Shown piece by piece: positions 29,634 through 39,429 of a stretch of DNA of 64,000 nt (position 1 is its first letter; every line of letters starts with the position of its first letter). A program made the translations under genes and the position numbers. The notes under the pieces are model-generated. The model saw nothing but the letters and a program-made list of their open reading frames with translations, was not told where the DNA came from and made no database searches. The stretch covers positions 1,260 to 65,259 of the forward strand of contig CAXGYR010000001.1 in NCBI GenBank assembly GCA_964014015.1, given 5' to 3'. The stretch comes from an uncultured Kiritimatiellaceae bacterium (lineage in GTDB: Bacteria; Verrucomicrobiota; Kiritimatiellia; Kiritimatiellales; Pontiellaceae).

Positions 29634-31795
29634 TGGATAAAATAGACGGGCAAATTGAGCGCATTGTATTCCTTAACGAGGAGAATGGGTTTTGTGTATT
29701 GCGCGTGTCGGTGCGCAATCAGAAAGAGCTGGTTACGCTGACCGGTTCCTCGGTCAGTGTAAATGAGGGGGAGTGGCTGACGGCTGACGGCGAATGGATT
29801 AACGATCCGCGGCATGGTCGACAGTTTAAAGCGGAGTCGATGCGTACGACACGGCCGGACACACTGGAGGGCATCGAAAAATATCTGGCCTCGGATTTGG
29901 TTAAAGGGATTGGCAAAGAGTACGCCTCTAGACTGGTCAAAACATTTGGTAGAGACGTTTTTGATGTTATTGAAAATAATTCAGCGAAGCTGTTGCAGGT
30001 GGAAGGAATTGGCAAACTGCGAAAAGAGCGGATTAAGCAGGCGTGGGATGAGCAGAAAAGCATTCGGCAGATCATGTCCTTCCTCTTTAGCCATGGGATA
30101 ACCCCCTCAAAAGCATTCCGTATTCACAAAAAATATGGAGAGCGTGCCATTGAGGTGCTGCAGCGCGATCCCTATTGCCTTGGGCGAGATATTCGGGGAA
30201 TTGGTTTTTTAATGGCGGATAAAATCGCTATGCGTCTTGGGATTGCTAAAGAGTCTGCCTTGCGCGCGCGGGCAGGCATCGAACATACGTTGCATGAGTT
30301 AACGCTACAGGGGCACTGTGCCTATCTTCAGAATGATCTTTTGTCGAAGACGGCTGAGTTGCTGGATATTAATACGGATATTATTATCGAAGCACTGGAA
30401 GCCTCTATTGCAGCAAAGCATTTGATTCGATTCGAGCACCCGGAACTTGGAAGTTTAATCTATCTACCGCAGCTATATGCGTCTGAATGTGAAGTAACAG
30501 ATCGGCTCTATAAAGTATCTCAGGGGAGTCATCCCAGCCCCGACATTCAGGTCGACCGGGCGCTGGATTGGGTGCAAGAGCGCTCCGATATTTCACTTGC
30601 AACGTCTCAACAGGAGGCACTCCGCAGAGCGATTACTTCTAAGATCTCGATTATAACGGGTGGGCCGGGGGTTGGAAAAACCACGCTGGTGAACTCCATT
30701 ATCATGATCTTGCGCGCCAAAAAATTGCGTATCCTCTGCTGCGCACCCACTGGGCGTGCTGCAAAAAGAATGAGCGAAAGCACCGGGCTAGAAGCCACGA
30801 CGATCCATCGTGCCTTACAATATAACCCAGGTACGGGCGGATTTGTTCATCATACCGAAAACCCGTTGGCGTGCGATGTGTTGATTGTAGATGAGTGCAG
30901 TATGATTGATATCCAATTGGCTAACCAACTCATGAAAGCGGTTCCACTGCATGCCGCTGTTATTTTTGTGGGTGATGCGGATCAATTACCCTCAGTTGGG
31001 CCGGGGTGTGTGTTGCAAGATTTAATAGCATCCTCCCAGTTTGCAGTCGGTCATTTACAAGAGGTTTTTCGGCAAGCAGCCACCAGTTTAATTGTCAGCA
31101 ATGCGCACATGATTAATACTGGTGAAATGCCGCGTTTTCCGACCAACTCTGAAGAGGGCGACTGTTATTACATTGCTGCAGAAGACCCCGAAAAGGCGGT
31201 TCAGATGATTGCCAAATTAACTAGGGAATCGATCCCCAAGAAATTCGGTTTCAATCCTTTGACAGATATTCAAATTCTCTCGCCTATGCAGAAGGGCATT
31301 CTGGGTGCCCGTAATTTAAATCAAACAATGCAGCGTATTTTGAATCCGCACGGCGAAGAAGTAGAGCGATTTGGCACGGTGTTTCGGTGCGGTGATCGAG
31401 TCATGCAGACCGAAAATGATTACGATAAAGAAGTCTATAACGGTGATTTAGGAACGATCGAGCATCTCGATCATGAAAATACAGAAGCGCAAATACGGTA
31501 TGAGGATCGGGTTGTGCAGTATGATTTCAGAGAGTTAGATGCTCTTCTTCACGCGTATGCGATTACGATCCATAAAAGCCAGGGAAGCGAGTATCCCGTT
31601 GTTATTATTCCCGTTCATACGCAGCACTATGTGATGCTACAGCGTACACTTCTTTACACCGCACTTACACGGGCAAAAAAATTGGTCATTCTGGTAGGCA
31701 GCGAAAAAGCGATTCGCCTGGCTGTTTCTCAAACCGAATCAAAGAAGAGAATCACGACTCTACGCGACAGACTACAATCCGCTTTTCAGTCGTGA
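29630..31795 (+). CDS. recD2: RecD2-like ATP-dependent helicase
   Basis: N-terminal HhH domains, GGPGVGKTT, APTGRAAKR, VDECSM, YAITIHKSQGSEY. Confidence 0.93.
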   Translation: MMDKIDGQIERIVFLNEENGFCVLRVSVRNQKELVTLTGSSVSVNEGEWLTADGEWINDPRHGRQFKAESMRTTRPDTLEGIEKYLASDLVKGIGKEYASRLVKTFGRDVFDVIENNSAKLLQVEGIGKLRKERIKQAWDEQKSIRQIMSFLFSHGITPSKAFRIHKKYGERAIEVLQRDPYCLGRDIRGIGFLMADKIAMRLGIAKESALRARAGIEHTLHELTLQGHCAYLQNDLLSKTAELLDINTDIIIEALEASIAAKHLIRFEHPELGSLIYLPQLYASECEVTDRLYKVSQGSHPSPDIQVDRALDWVQERSDISLATSQQEALRRAITSKISIITGGPGVGKTTLVNSIIMILRAKKLRILCCAPTGRAAKRMSESTGLEATTIHRALQYNPGTGGFVHHTENPLACDVLIVDECSMIDIQLANQLMKAVPLHAAVIFVGDADQLPSVGPGCVLQDLIASSQFAVGHLQEVFRQAATSLIVSNAHMINTGEMPRFPTNSEEGDCYYIAAEDPEKAVQMIAKLTRESIPKKFGFNPLTDIQILSPMQKGILGARNLNQTMQRILNPHGEEVERFGTVFRCGDRVMQTENDYDKEVYNGDLGTIEHLDHENTEAQIRYEDRVVQYDFRELDALLHAYAITIHKSQGSEYPVVIIPVHTQHYVMLQRTLLYTALTRAKKLVILVGSEKAIRLAVSQTESKKRITTLRDRLQSAFQS

Positions 31796-34261
31796 TTAAA
31801 GCTCATCCAAATCGACTGCCGTTCGCTCCAGATTCCATATTTGTTCACAGTAGTCCTGGATCGAACGATCTGATGTAAACCATCCCATTCGTGCTACGTT
31901 GAGAAGTGCTTTTTCTGCCCACTGACTCGGTTGAGCATATAGAGCATCAACCTCATCATTACAGTGAATGTACGATTCAAAATCTGCCAGATAGAAGTAA
32001 AAGTCACCGTTAGTCGTCAACTCATGGTAGAGCTCTTTAAATAGATCAGGACTTTCCGGATTGAAAATATTATCTCGAATTGCTTCTAGCACCTGCATCA
32101 ACTCATCAGAACCTTCTGCCACGTTCCAGGGATCATACCCCTCGTCGCGAAGTTGCTCTAGCTCTTCGGTGCGTTTACCAAAAATAAAGATGTTATCCTC
32201 TCCGACGTGCTGAGCAATCTCGATATTAGCCCCGTCCCAGGTTCCCACTGTAAGCGCTCCGTTTAAAGCAAGTTTCATATTCCCGGTGCCAGACGCTTCA
32301 AGTCCTGCTGTTGAAATCTGTTCTGATATATCCGCGGCCGGAATGATTTTCTCGGCAAGCGATACATTATAATCCGGCAAAAAGATTATTTTCAGTCGCC
32401 CGGCTACATCCACATCGTTATTGATATGTTCGGCCATCGTGTTGATTAATTTGATAACCGATTTGGCGATGAGATAGGCCGGTGCAGCTTTAGCAGCAAA
32501 TATAAAGGTGCGAGACTGTAGTTCAATTTGCGGGTTTTCCTTTATGCGCTGATAGAGATAGATAATATGCATCGCCTTCAAAAGTTGACGTTTATACATA
32601 TGCAACCGCTTGATCTGAACGTCGAAAATCGAATCGGGATTAACCGCATAACCGGTATGCTCAAGAATGTATGCAGCTAGGCTCTCTTTTTTAGCATGCT
32701 TAATCTTCATGAACGTTTGCTGAACAGAGACATCAGCTGCCTTCTTTTCAAACTCTTCAATTTTTTTCAGATCATATTTCCACTCTTCTCCGATATGCTC
32801 TGAAAGAAGGGCGGATAGTTCAGGATTACATTTGATCAGCCAGCGACGATGCGTGATACCGTTGGTTACGTTGCAAAATTTATCGGGAAATACTTTGTCA
32901 AACGTCTCCATAGTCTGCGTGCGCAATAGCGATGAGTGCAGGGCAGACACTCCGTTTACTTTACGAGATCCTACCACACAGAGATTCGCCATGCGCACCA
33001 TCTGTTCGTCTCCCTCTTCAATAAGCGAAACTTCACGGATAATTTCACTCTCACCGGGATGATCAATTTCCACCTGTTGCAAAAAACGATGATTAATTTC
33101 AAAGATTATTTGCATATGCCGAGGCAGAACCCTATTTAGCAAATCTACACTCCACTTTTCTAAGGCTTCAGCCAGTAGGGTATGATTGGTGTAGCAGAAT
33201 GCTTTTGTAGTAATTTCCCACGCATCATTCCATGGTATCTGCTCTTCATCGTGCAGAATCCGCATTAGTTCCACAATAGCCAGCGTCGGGTGGGTGTCGT
33301 TAAGCTGAATTACATTTTTTTCTGCAAATTGATCAAATGTCGAATGGTTCTTCTTATATCGCCGGATAATATCGCGAACTGAACAAGAGGCTAAAAAATA
33401 CTCCTGTATTAAGCGCAGCTCTTTTCCAGCATATGTATAGTCAGAAGGGTAGAGGACCTTGGAAACGTTCTCCGCCCAGTTTTTCTCTTCTACCGCCCGT
33501 ACATAATCTCCCTGATTAAATACATCTAATCGGAAGCCTTCGGATGGCTGTGACTTCCATAGACGCAGCATGTTCACCGAATTAACATGATAACCGATAA
33601 TGGGAATGTCATACGGCACTGCTTCAAATACTTGAAAACCCTCCCACACGTCCTCGGCGCCTCGACCTGGCTGATAATTTTTTCGCAACTGACCATACAC
33701 ACAAACTGGAATCGTATACTCCGGCCTAATCAACTCCCATGGATACCCGTGCGATAGCCACTCATCCGGACGTTCACGTTGCCAGCCGTCCTCAAACTCC
33801 TGTTTAAAAATACCATGTTCATATCGGATTCCGTATCCAAATGCCGGCAACTCCTGCGTTGCCAACGAATCAAGGTAGCAAGAAGCCAACCGTCCTAACC
33901 CACCATTCCCGAGACCAGCCTCAACATCGTGCACCAGCAGTTCTTGAAGGGTCGTGTTGAGTGGTTTTAAAGCTTCATCAGCAATACTCTCTACTCCGAG
34001 CGCATACACGTTATTCTCGAGCATTTTACCAATGAGAAACTCCATCGATAAATAGTTAACTCGCCGAGAATCCTGCTTTCGATATGTAGCCTGTGTCGCC
34101 ATAAAACCATCCACTGCCATATCGCGAATGGCATGCGAGAAGCAGAGCATTTTATCGAGCGTCGTGGCAGATTCTAATGTTTTACCCCGACTATATTTTA
34201 GATGAAAAAGTGAGCGTTCAGACAGCAATGTAGCTGTGATGTTTTCTTTAAAATGAGACAT
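31796..34261 (-). CDS. glgP: Glycogen/alpha-glucan phosphorylase
   Basis: GLGNGGLGRLA, QLNDTHP, YTNHT, QIKRLH.YKRQ, EASGTGNMK. Confidence 0.97.
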   Translation of the reverse strand: MSHFKENITATLLSERSLFHLKYSRGKTLESATTLDKMLCFSHAIRDMAVDGFMATQATYRKQDSRRVNYLSMEFLIGKMLENNVYALGVESIADEALKPLNTTLQELLVHDVEAGLGNGGLGRLASCYLDSLATQELPAFGYGIRYEHGIFKQEFEDGWQRERPDEWLSHGYPWELIRPEYTIPVCVYGQLRKNYQPGRGAEDVWEGFQVFEAVPYDIPIIGYHVNSVNMLRLWKSQPSEGFRLDVFNQGDYVRAVEEKNWAENVSKVLYPSDYTYAGKELRLIQEYFLASCSVRDIIRRYKKNHSTFDQFAEKNVIQLNDTHPTLAIVELMRILHDEEQIPWNDAWEITTKAFCYTNHTLLAEALEKWSVDLLNRVLPRHMQIIFEINHRFLQQVEIDHPGESEIIREVSLIEEGDEQMVRMANLCVVGSRKVNGVSALHSSLLRTQTMETFDKVFPDKFCNVTNGITHRRWLIKCNPELSALLSEHIGEEWKYDLKKIEEFEKKAADVSVQQTFMKIKHAKKESLAAYILEHTGYAVNPDSIFDVQIKRLHMYKRQLLKAMHIIYLYQRIKENPQIELQSRTFIFAAKAAPAYLIAKSVIKLINTMAEHINNDVDVAGRLKIIFLPDYNVSLAEKIIPAADISEQISTAGLEASGTGNMKLALNGALTVGTWDGANIEIAQHVGEDNIFIFGKRTEELEQLRDEGYDPWNVAEGSDELMQVLEAIRDNIFNPESPDLFKELYHELTTNGDFYFYLADFESYIHCNDEVDALYAQPSQWAEKALLNVARMGWFTSDRSIQDYCEQIWNLERTAVDLDEL

Positions 34262-34341
34262 ATTTTTTCCGGTTTTAAGATTCTTAACCAAACAATCAAC
34301 GCTGAAAGCCTACTCCGCGTCACGGTGGATGCAAGCCTACA

Positions 34342-34812
34342 TTAGCGTTTCTCTCTCTTTTCAAGCGCGAGCAGAAATTTTTTCCAAGCGATGCCATATG
34401 CATAACCACCTAGATTTGATTTTCCGACCACTCGATGACAGGGAACAATCAGCGGCAACGGATTCTTTGCACACGCCTGCGCTACCGCCCGATAGGAAAG
34501 GGGATGGCCTATATTCTGAGCGACTTCAGCATACCGCATGGTCTTTCCGATCTCTATCTTTAGGAGCTCTTTCCACACCTTTTGTTGAAATGGCGTTCCA
34601 GATAATTCAAACCCAAACGTATCGCTAGCCTTACCTTTTACATACTTCTCAATATACTCTTCCAGCGGTAATAGATCCGATTGGATGATGGAGAAGGGTA
34701 TACTTGGAACATGTTCTAGAAAGGGAAGACGCAACTTTCGCAACTTTCTATCCTCAGAAAAACAATACTCGAATCGACCCCAAGAAGATGAGATGAACCC
34801 AGTTATCTTCAT
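34342..34812 (-). CDS. ogt: Methylated-DNA--protein-cysteine methyltransferase
   Basis: GTPFQ..VW, RAVA.AC..NP, PCHRV. Confidence 0.92.
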   Translation of the reverse strand: MKITGFISSSWGRFEYCFSEDRKLRKLRLPFLEHVPSIPFSIIQSDLLPLEEYIEKYVKGKASDTFGFELSGTPFQQKVWKELLKIEIGKTMRYAEVAQNIGHPLSYRAVAQACAKNPLPLIVPCHRVVGKSNLGGYAYGIAWKKFLLALEKREKR

Positions 34813-34816
34813 CGAA

Positions 34817-35503
34817 TTATTGAACCAGCGGAATTACCAATGTCTGTCCTACGCGTATACCGGAGGGAGATTGCAGCGCATCACGGTTTGCCTGATATAT
34901 GCGATCCCATTTTCCTGAATCATTATAAAACTTTTTGGCAATTTTTGAGAGCGTATCACCCGGTTCAACATGATAGATGCTAACGCTACTTTTCGGCAGG
35001 GGTGTTTCCGTTGACGATGGCGCCGTTGTAACATTACTACGTGCGGACTGAACCTGAGAAGCGCTGCGTCGTAAGCTCACAAGCTCTTTCTTTAACGTGT
35101 TGTTCTCCTCAACTAAGGTCTTCACTTGTGGTGTATTCTGCAACAATGTGTTGGCAAGCATCTGTGCCACTTTGATCCGTTGCTGTTCGATAAGCACTTT
35201 TTTCTCACTCTTCGGTCGCAATTCCAAGTAGCGATCATAATGGTAGATCGCATGCACATAATTAATTATGTGCTGCTGGTATATTGTTGCAAGATCCAGA
35301 TGCGGTCTGGCAATGGTAGGGTTCTCCTCAAGGGCTTTCTTGAAGCTTTTTTCCGCCTCAGCATATTGTCCCGTTTCCATAAATAATCGTGCCTCGACAA
35401 CACGCTCAATTTTTTCTTCCCGTTCATCCTGGCTTAATTCTTCGTCATTACAGCCTGCTAAGAGGATGAGGAACCCTGCCGATAACGCTAATCCTATTTT
35501 CAT
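34817..35503 (-). CDS. Lipoprotein with TPR and C-terminal LysM domain
   Basis: Lipobox LAGC; TPR-like helices; YHVEPGDTLSKIA..Y LysM. Confidence 0.85.
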   Translation of the reverse strand: MKIGLALSAGFLILLAGCNDEELSQDEREEKIERVVEARLFMETGQYAEAEKSFKKALEENPTIARPHLDLATIYQQHIINYVHAIYHYDRYLELRPKSEKKVLIEQQRIKVAQMLANTLLQNTPQVKTLVEENNTLKKELVSLRRSASQVQSARSNVTTAPSSTETPLPKSSVSIYHVEPGDTLSKIAKKFYNDSGKWDRIYQANRDALQSPSGIRVGQTLVIPLVQ

Positions 35504-35515
35504 ATACTGTAATTC

Positions 35516-36571
35516 CTAATATGTTGTTTCATATGACGTTTTAGCTATAAATTCATCACTATAGTAGGCTACTAAGTTCCCATTAGACGAGCAGATAAAA
35601 AGAGCTTCAATGTTTGGCAACTGATTAACTTTTTCTAAACCTGATTCTACATCCATCACGTAGAGTGCAGTAGCCCATCCATCTGCTTCAAGACAACTTG
35701 GCGCAAGTACACTCACGCTTACCAGATCACTATAAACTGCCTGCCCGCTGCGTGGATCTATAATGTGAGCATACCGCCTGCCGTCGACTTCAACAAAATT
35801 GCGATAGCTACCAGACGTTGCCACTGCACCATTCGTTGCCTGCACAATACCGTGCAGCGTTGTCTCAAAAAAGCTCGCATCAGGACTTTGAATGCCGATT
35901 TTCCAAGCAACGCGGTCAACATTTTCCCCTGAAACTAATACTTCACCACCTACTTCGATAAACCACTCATCAAATGTTTCCTCACGCAACAGCTGACCCA
36001 GCCGATCAACCGCATACCCTTTGGCTATAGCTCCCAGCGCGAGCTGTAACCCCGACACATCCTTTCTTAGTTCATTATCGGCACCAACCGTAATTTTTTG
36101 CCAACCGGTTTGCTGACGAGTCTCTTCAATTATTGCAGGGGAGGGGGGCTGACCCTCACGGCTCTCGCTACCGAATCCCCATAGATTCAGCAACGGCTGC
36201 ACCGTCGGATCAAATGCTCCTCCAGTTACAGCTGCCAGTTGAAGTGCTGATTTTGTCACCGACGCGAAGCCTTCAGAAACCTGAAAAGGCTCGGTTGAGT
36301 TGTGTTTATTGAAGGCACTTATCTCACTATCGTCTAGCCAAGTCGACATCTGCTGATTGATCTCAATCAACAATTCATCCATGCGCTCCGCCAATCTATT
36401 GGCCTCTTTTTTAGAAAGCACACCAACAAGACGAATACTATAAGTTGTCCCCATTGTTTCGCCCCTAAAAAGAGGATTTTCAATACGGTTTGCTCGCCAT
36501 GAACCTCCGACCATTAAGCCGATCAGTAGCAATAAAAACAGCGCGGATTTGATCAATTGACTACGTGGCAT
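35516..36571 (-). CDS. apbE: FAD:protein FMN transferase ApbE
   Basis: TMGT, GAFDPT, AIAKGY, EVGGE, ATSG.YRN, HIIDPR, ADG.ATA. Confidence 0.93.
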   Translation of the reverse strand: MPRSQLIKSALFLLLLIGLMVGGSWRANRIENPLFRGETMGTTYSIRLVGVLSKKEANRLAERMDELLIEINQQMSTWLDDSEISAFNKHNSTEPFQVSEGFASVTKSALQLAAVTGGAFDPTVQPLLNLWGFGSESREGQPPSPAIIEETRQQTGWQKITVGADNELRKDVSGLQLALGAIAKGYAVDRLGQLLREETFDEWFIEVGGEVLVSGENVDRVAWKIGIQSPDASFFETTLHGIVQATNGAVATSGSYRNFVEVDGRRYAHIIDPRSGQAVYSDLVSVSVLAPSCLEADGWATALYVMDVESGLEKVNQLPNIEALFICSSNGNLVAYYSDEFIAKTSYETTY

Positions 36572-36953
36572 GACTAAGATCTGCAATCACTTCAATTTCT
36601 ACCAGTGAACCCAATGGGAGTGCGGCGACCTCAACCGTTGACCTTGCAGGTGCATTCGTCTCACCAAAATAGTCGCCATATATTTTATTCATCTTAGCAA
36701 AGTTAACAAAATCACTTAGAAAAACGGTTGTTTTGACTACATGCTCTAACGTGACTTTTTCCGCCTCAAGAACCGCTACAATATTTTTGAAGACCTGTTC
36801 TGTTTGAAGACTTATATCCGATTCCACCAACTCTCCTGACGCTGGATCAACGGGAATTTGACCTGAAAGATAAAGCATGGAGCCGCACTGAACTGCTTGA
36901 CTGTATGGTCCAATAGGCAGGGGGGCCTTGTCTGTAAAAATAACTTTTCTCAC
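36561..36953 (-). CDS. ridA: RidA/YjgF family enamine deaminase
   Basis: GPYSQA, SGQIP, PARS.VEV..LP, VEIE. Confidence 0.92.
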   Translation of the reverse strand: MRKVIFTDKAPLPIGPYSQAVQCGSMLYLSGQIPVDPASGELVESDISLQTEQVFKNIVAVLEAEKVTLEHVVKTTVFLSDFVNFAKMNKIYGDYFGETNAPARSTVEVAALPLGSLVEIEVIADLSHAT

Positions 36954-38059
36954 ATCTTCTCCTTTTTTTCATGATAAAGGTTAGCTTTTAGCGCATCAAT
37001 CACTTTTAAATCTGCTTTCGAAAAAGGAAGTTCGCTCAATTCATATAGCTCCTTCCAGCGGACGTCCTGACATTCAATTGCCACCGGTGTGCCCGATTCA
37101 ATTCTCGCCCAAAAAGTATGCATCTCCATGGTAAAATGACTGTAGGTATGTTTTACAGTTATAATTTTTTCTTCCACAGAAATTGATATCCCGAGTTCCT
37201 CGTTCAGTTCCCGTATGACACCTTCTTCAATCGTCTCATTGCTCTCAATTTTACCGCCCGGGAACTCCCATAACCCTCCTAACATCTGATCATTTCGTCG
37301 TTGTGCCACTAGTATTTTCCCATCTCGGTTATGCACCACAGCAGCACCCACAATGATATGTGGAATGCGTTTCTTTTTTTGTTTCACCGGAAACCTGCTT
37401 ACATCATCTAACAACTTAGCCTGACATGCCGTTGAGAGGGGACAGACGTCGCAAGATGGATTTTGAGGCAAACAAACCGTGGCACCTAACTCCATTAGAG
37501 CCTCGTTGAATTTTCCAGCTTCGCCTTTTACAAGCAGTTGATCGGCTAACTTTTGAAATTTTTTCTTTGTAGAAGGTTGAGCAATATCATCTTCGATCAT
37601 ACGCAACCGAGCCAACACCCGCATCACATTACCATCCACTACAGCCAGATTAAGATTAAACGCTAAAGAGCCAATCGCTGCGGTTGTGTATGGCCCCACA
37701 CCGGGCAACTTCGATATTTCCTGAGGGTCACATGGAAAGCGTCCACTGTGTTGATCTCGAATGATCTGAGCGGCTTTATGTAAATTACGGGCACGCGAAT
37801 AATAACCCAACCCCTCCCACGCTTTTAATACCTCTGACTGAGATGCCTCTGCCAACTTCTTCAGAGAGGGGAAACGGCGCATAAAGCGCTGATAATATGG
37901 TATAGCTTGGGCAACTCTCGTTTGCTGAAGCATTAATTCCGATATCCAAACACGATAGGGAGTTCTGCGCTTTCTCCAGGGCATCATCCTTTGGTTTTGA
38001 TCAAACCAAGGTAGTAATTGATGCTGAATAGCTTCATTAAGAGGTGCTAGGGATTTCAT
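36950..38059 (-). CDS. mutY: A/G-specific adenine glycosylase MutY with C-terminal Nudix (MutT-like) domain
   Basis: SELMLQQT, WEGLGYYSRARNL, LPGVGPYT, VDGNV, C-x6-C-x2-C-x5-C; intact Nudix box. Confidence 0.95.
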   Translation of the reverse strand: MKSLAPLNEAIQHQLLPWFDQNQRMMPWRKRRTPYRVWISELMLQQTRVAQAIPYYQRFMRRFPSLKKLAEASQSEVLKAWEGLGYYSRARNLHKAAQIIRDQHSGRFPCDPQEISKLPGVGPYTTAAIGSLAFNLNLAVVDGNVMRVLARLRMIEDDIAQPSTKKKFQKLADQLLVKGEAGKFNEALMELGATVCLPQNPSCDVCPLSTACQAKLLDDVSRFPVKQKKKRIPHIIVGAAVVHNRDGKILVAQRRNDQMLGGLWEFPGGKIESNETIEEGVIRELNEELGISISVEEKIITVKHTYSHFTMEMHTFWARIESGTPVAIECQDVRWKELYELSELPFSKADLKVIDALKANLYHEKKEKM

Positions 38060-39299
38060 TGTCTGCCATGTTTATTGGTTTTAGTTGAACGATTAAAACC
38101 TGTCGTTGGTTTGAACTCTGAACCTTGACCTCATAGGTAGATAATGTGAACAATTCACCTGCCACTGGAATATAACCCAGTTCAGAGCAGACTAGACCTC
38201 CAATAGAATCATACTCATCACTCTCGGGAAGCGGAAATTCTAACTGCTCATTAAGATCGTAGATTGGCATTTTGCCTCGTATCCAGTACGAGCCGTCAGA
38301 GCGTTTGATAAAATCTTGTTCGTCTGGATCAAATTCATCTTCAATTTCACCAACCAGCTCTTCAATCACATCCTCCATAGTTACCAGACCAGCTGTTCCG
38401 CCATATTCATCAACGACCACCACTAATTGAGTTCGTCTTTTTTTCATGAGCTGTAGCACATCATTTAGCGGCATCGTCTCTGGTACGATCGGGATTTTCT
38501 TGCAAAGCGTTCCGATTTGCTGATTGAGCATATCAGGCGCTGCACGTAAAAGATCACGAATATGAATCATGCCCATCACTTCATCCATGCTTTCATGATA
38601 AACAGGAAAGCGTGAATGAGTGCTTTCTTTCACATAATCAAGCGTTTCTTCAATAGTTAGCGTATCAGAAAGCCCTACAATATCGACACGTGGCGTCATA
38701 ACCTCACGCACAACAGAATCTCCAAATTCGAACACGCTTCGAATCATGTCGCGCTCTTCAAGATCTAAATCCTTATCACCATTTTCATCAATCAGATTGA
38801 TCACTTCATCTTCTGTAGAAGGTCGATCGGCTCGGTCAGAGCGCTGTGAAAATATACGGTTAAAAAGATCTTCTATGTGCTGAAGGGGATAGAGAAAAGG
38901 TCGTAAAATAATGGCCAGTAATGCGATTGTTGAAGCACAACTCAGAGAAATTCGATCTGCAAAATGTGCAGATATAGACTCGGCTAGCATCCATATGATT
39001 ATCGAGAAGACAATTAGAAGTAGAAACGGCAAGCCGAAGTTAGTGCTTAGCAGATTCTGGGCAGTAGAAAGTATCGTCCAGAAAAAGAACGAAAATGATA
39101 ATGTAACAATTACACGGCTGGTTTGAATTAGGTAGTACCAGCGATTCTCCCACCGGTCTAAGAATGCTCTATATTTTGGATTCCGTTCAATCAAGCGTCG
39201 AATCCCAGCATCACCACTTAACCGAATCGACTGATACAGTATCAGTGACCCAAAAGCTATTATCGTGCTAAGAAAATACATGGTTATCGGTGAGCTCAT
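38037..39299 (-). CDS. Hemolysin-family CBS/CorC-HlyC membrane protein
   Basis: TM N-terminus, VMTPR, HSRFPVY, VVDEYGGT.GLVT.ED..EE.VGEI.DE. Confidence 0.88.
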   Translation of the reverse strand: MSSPITMYFLSTIIAFGSLILYQSIRLSGDAGIRRLIERNPKYRAFLDRWENRWYYLIQTSRVIVTLSFSFFFWTILSTAQNLLSTNFGLPFLLLIVFSIIIWMLAESISAHFADRISLSCASTIALLAIILRPFLYPLQHIEDLFNRIFSQRSDRADRPSTEDEVINLIDENGDKDLDLEERDMIRSVFEFGDSVVREVMTPRVDIVGLSDTLTIEETLDYVKESTHSRFPVYHESMDEVMGMIHIRDLLRAAPDMLNQQIGTLCKKIPIVPETMPLNDVLQLMKKRRTQLVVVVDEYGGTAGLVTMEDVIEELVGEIEDEFDPDEQDFIKRSDGSYWIRGKMPIYDLNEQLEFPLPESDEYDSIGGLVCSELGYIPVAGELFTLSTYEVKVQSSNQRQVLIVQLKPINMADNEIPSTS

Positions 39300-39352
39300 A
39301 ATATTATAGAGAAGGGTTATGCATGAATATGTAGTGGTTTATTATATATAAA

Positions 39353-39380
39353 ATTTAACATAACATATATTATGCGACAC
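39353..39380. other. dif: Chromosomal dif site (XerCD recombination site)
   Basis: ATTTAACATAA-CATATA-TTATGCGACAC: exact E. coli XerD arm, 6-bp spacer, XerC-like arm; AT-rich intergenic gap. Confidence 0.88.
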
Positions 39381-39429
39381 ATTATTCGAGACATAATATC
39401 TAATGAGAATAGACCAGTATAAAGAGTTC

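Noticed and set aside
39386-39413. Second degenerate dif (GAGACATAA-TATCTA-ATGAG) as a scar of an integrated element
   Set aside because: Only CATAA matches and there is no XerD arm; expected by chance in AT-rich DNA
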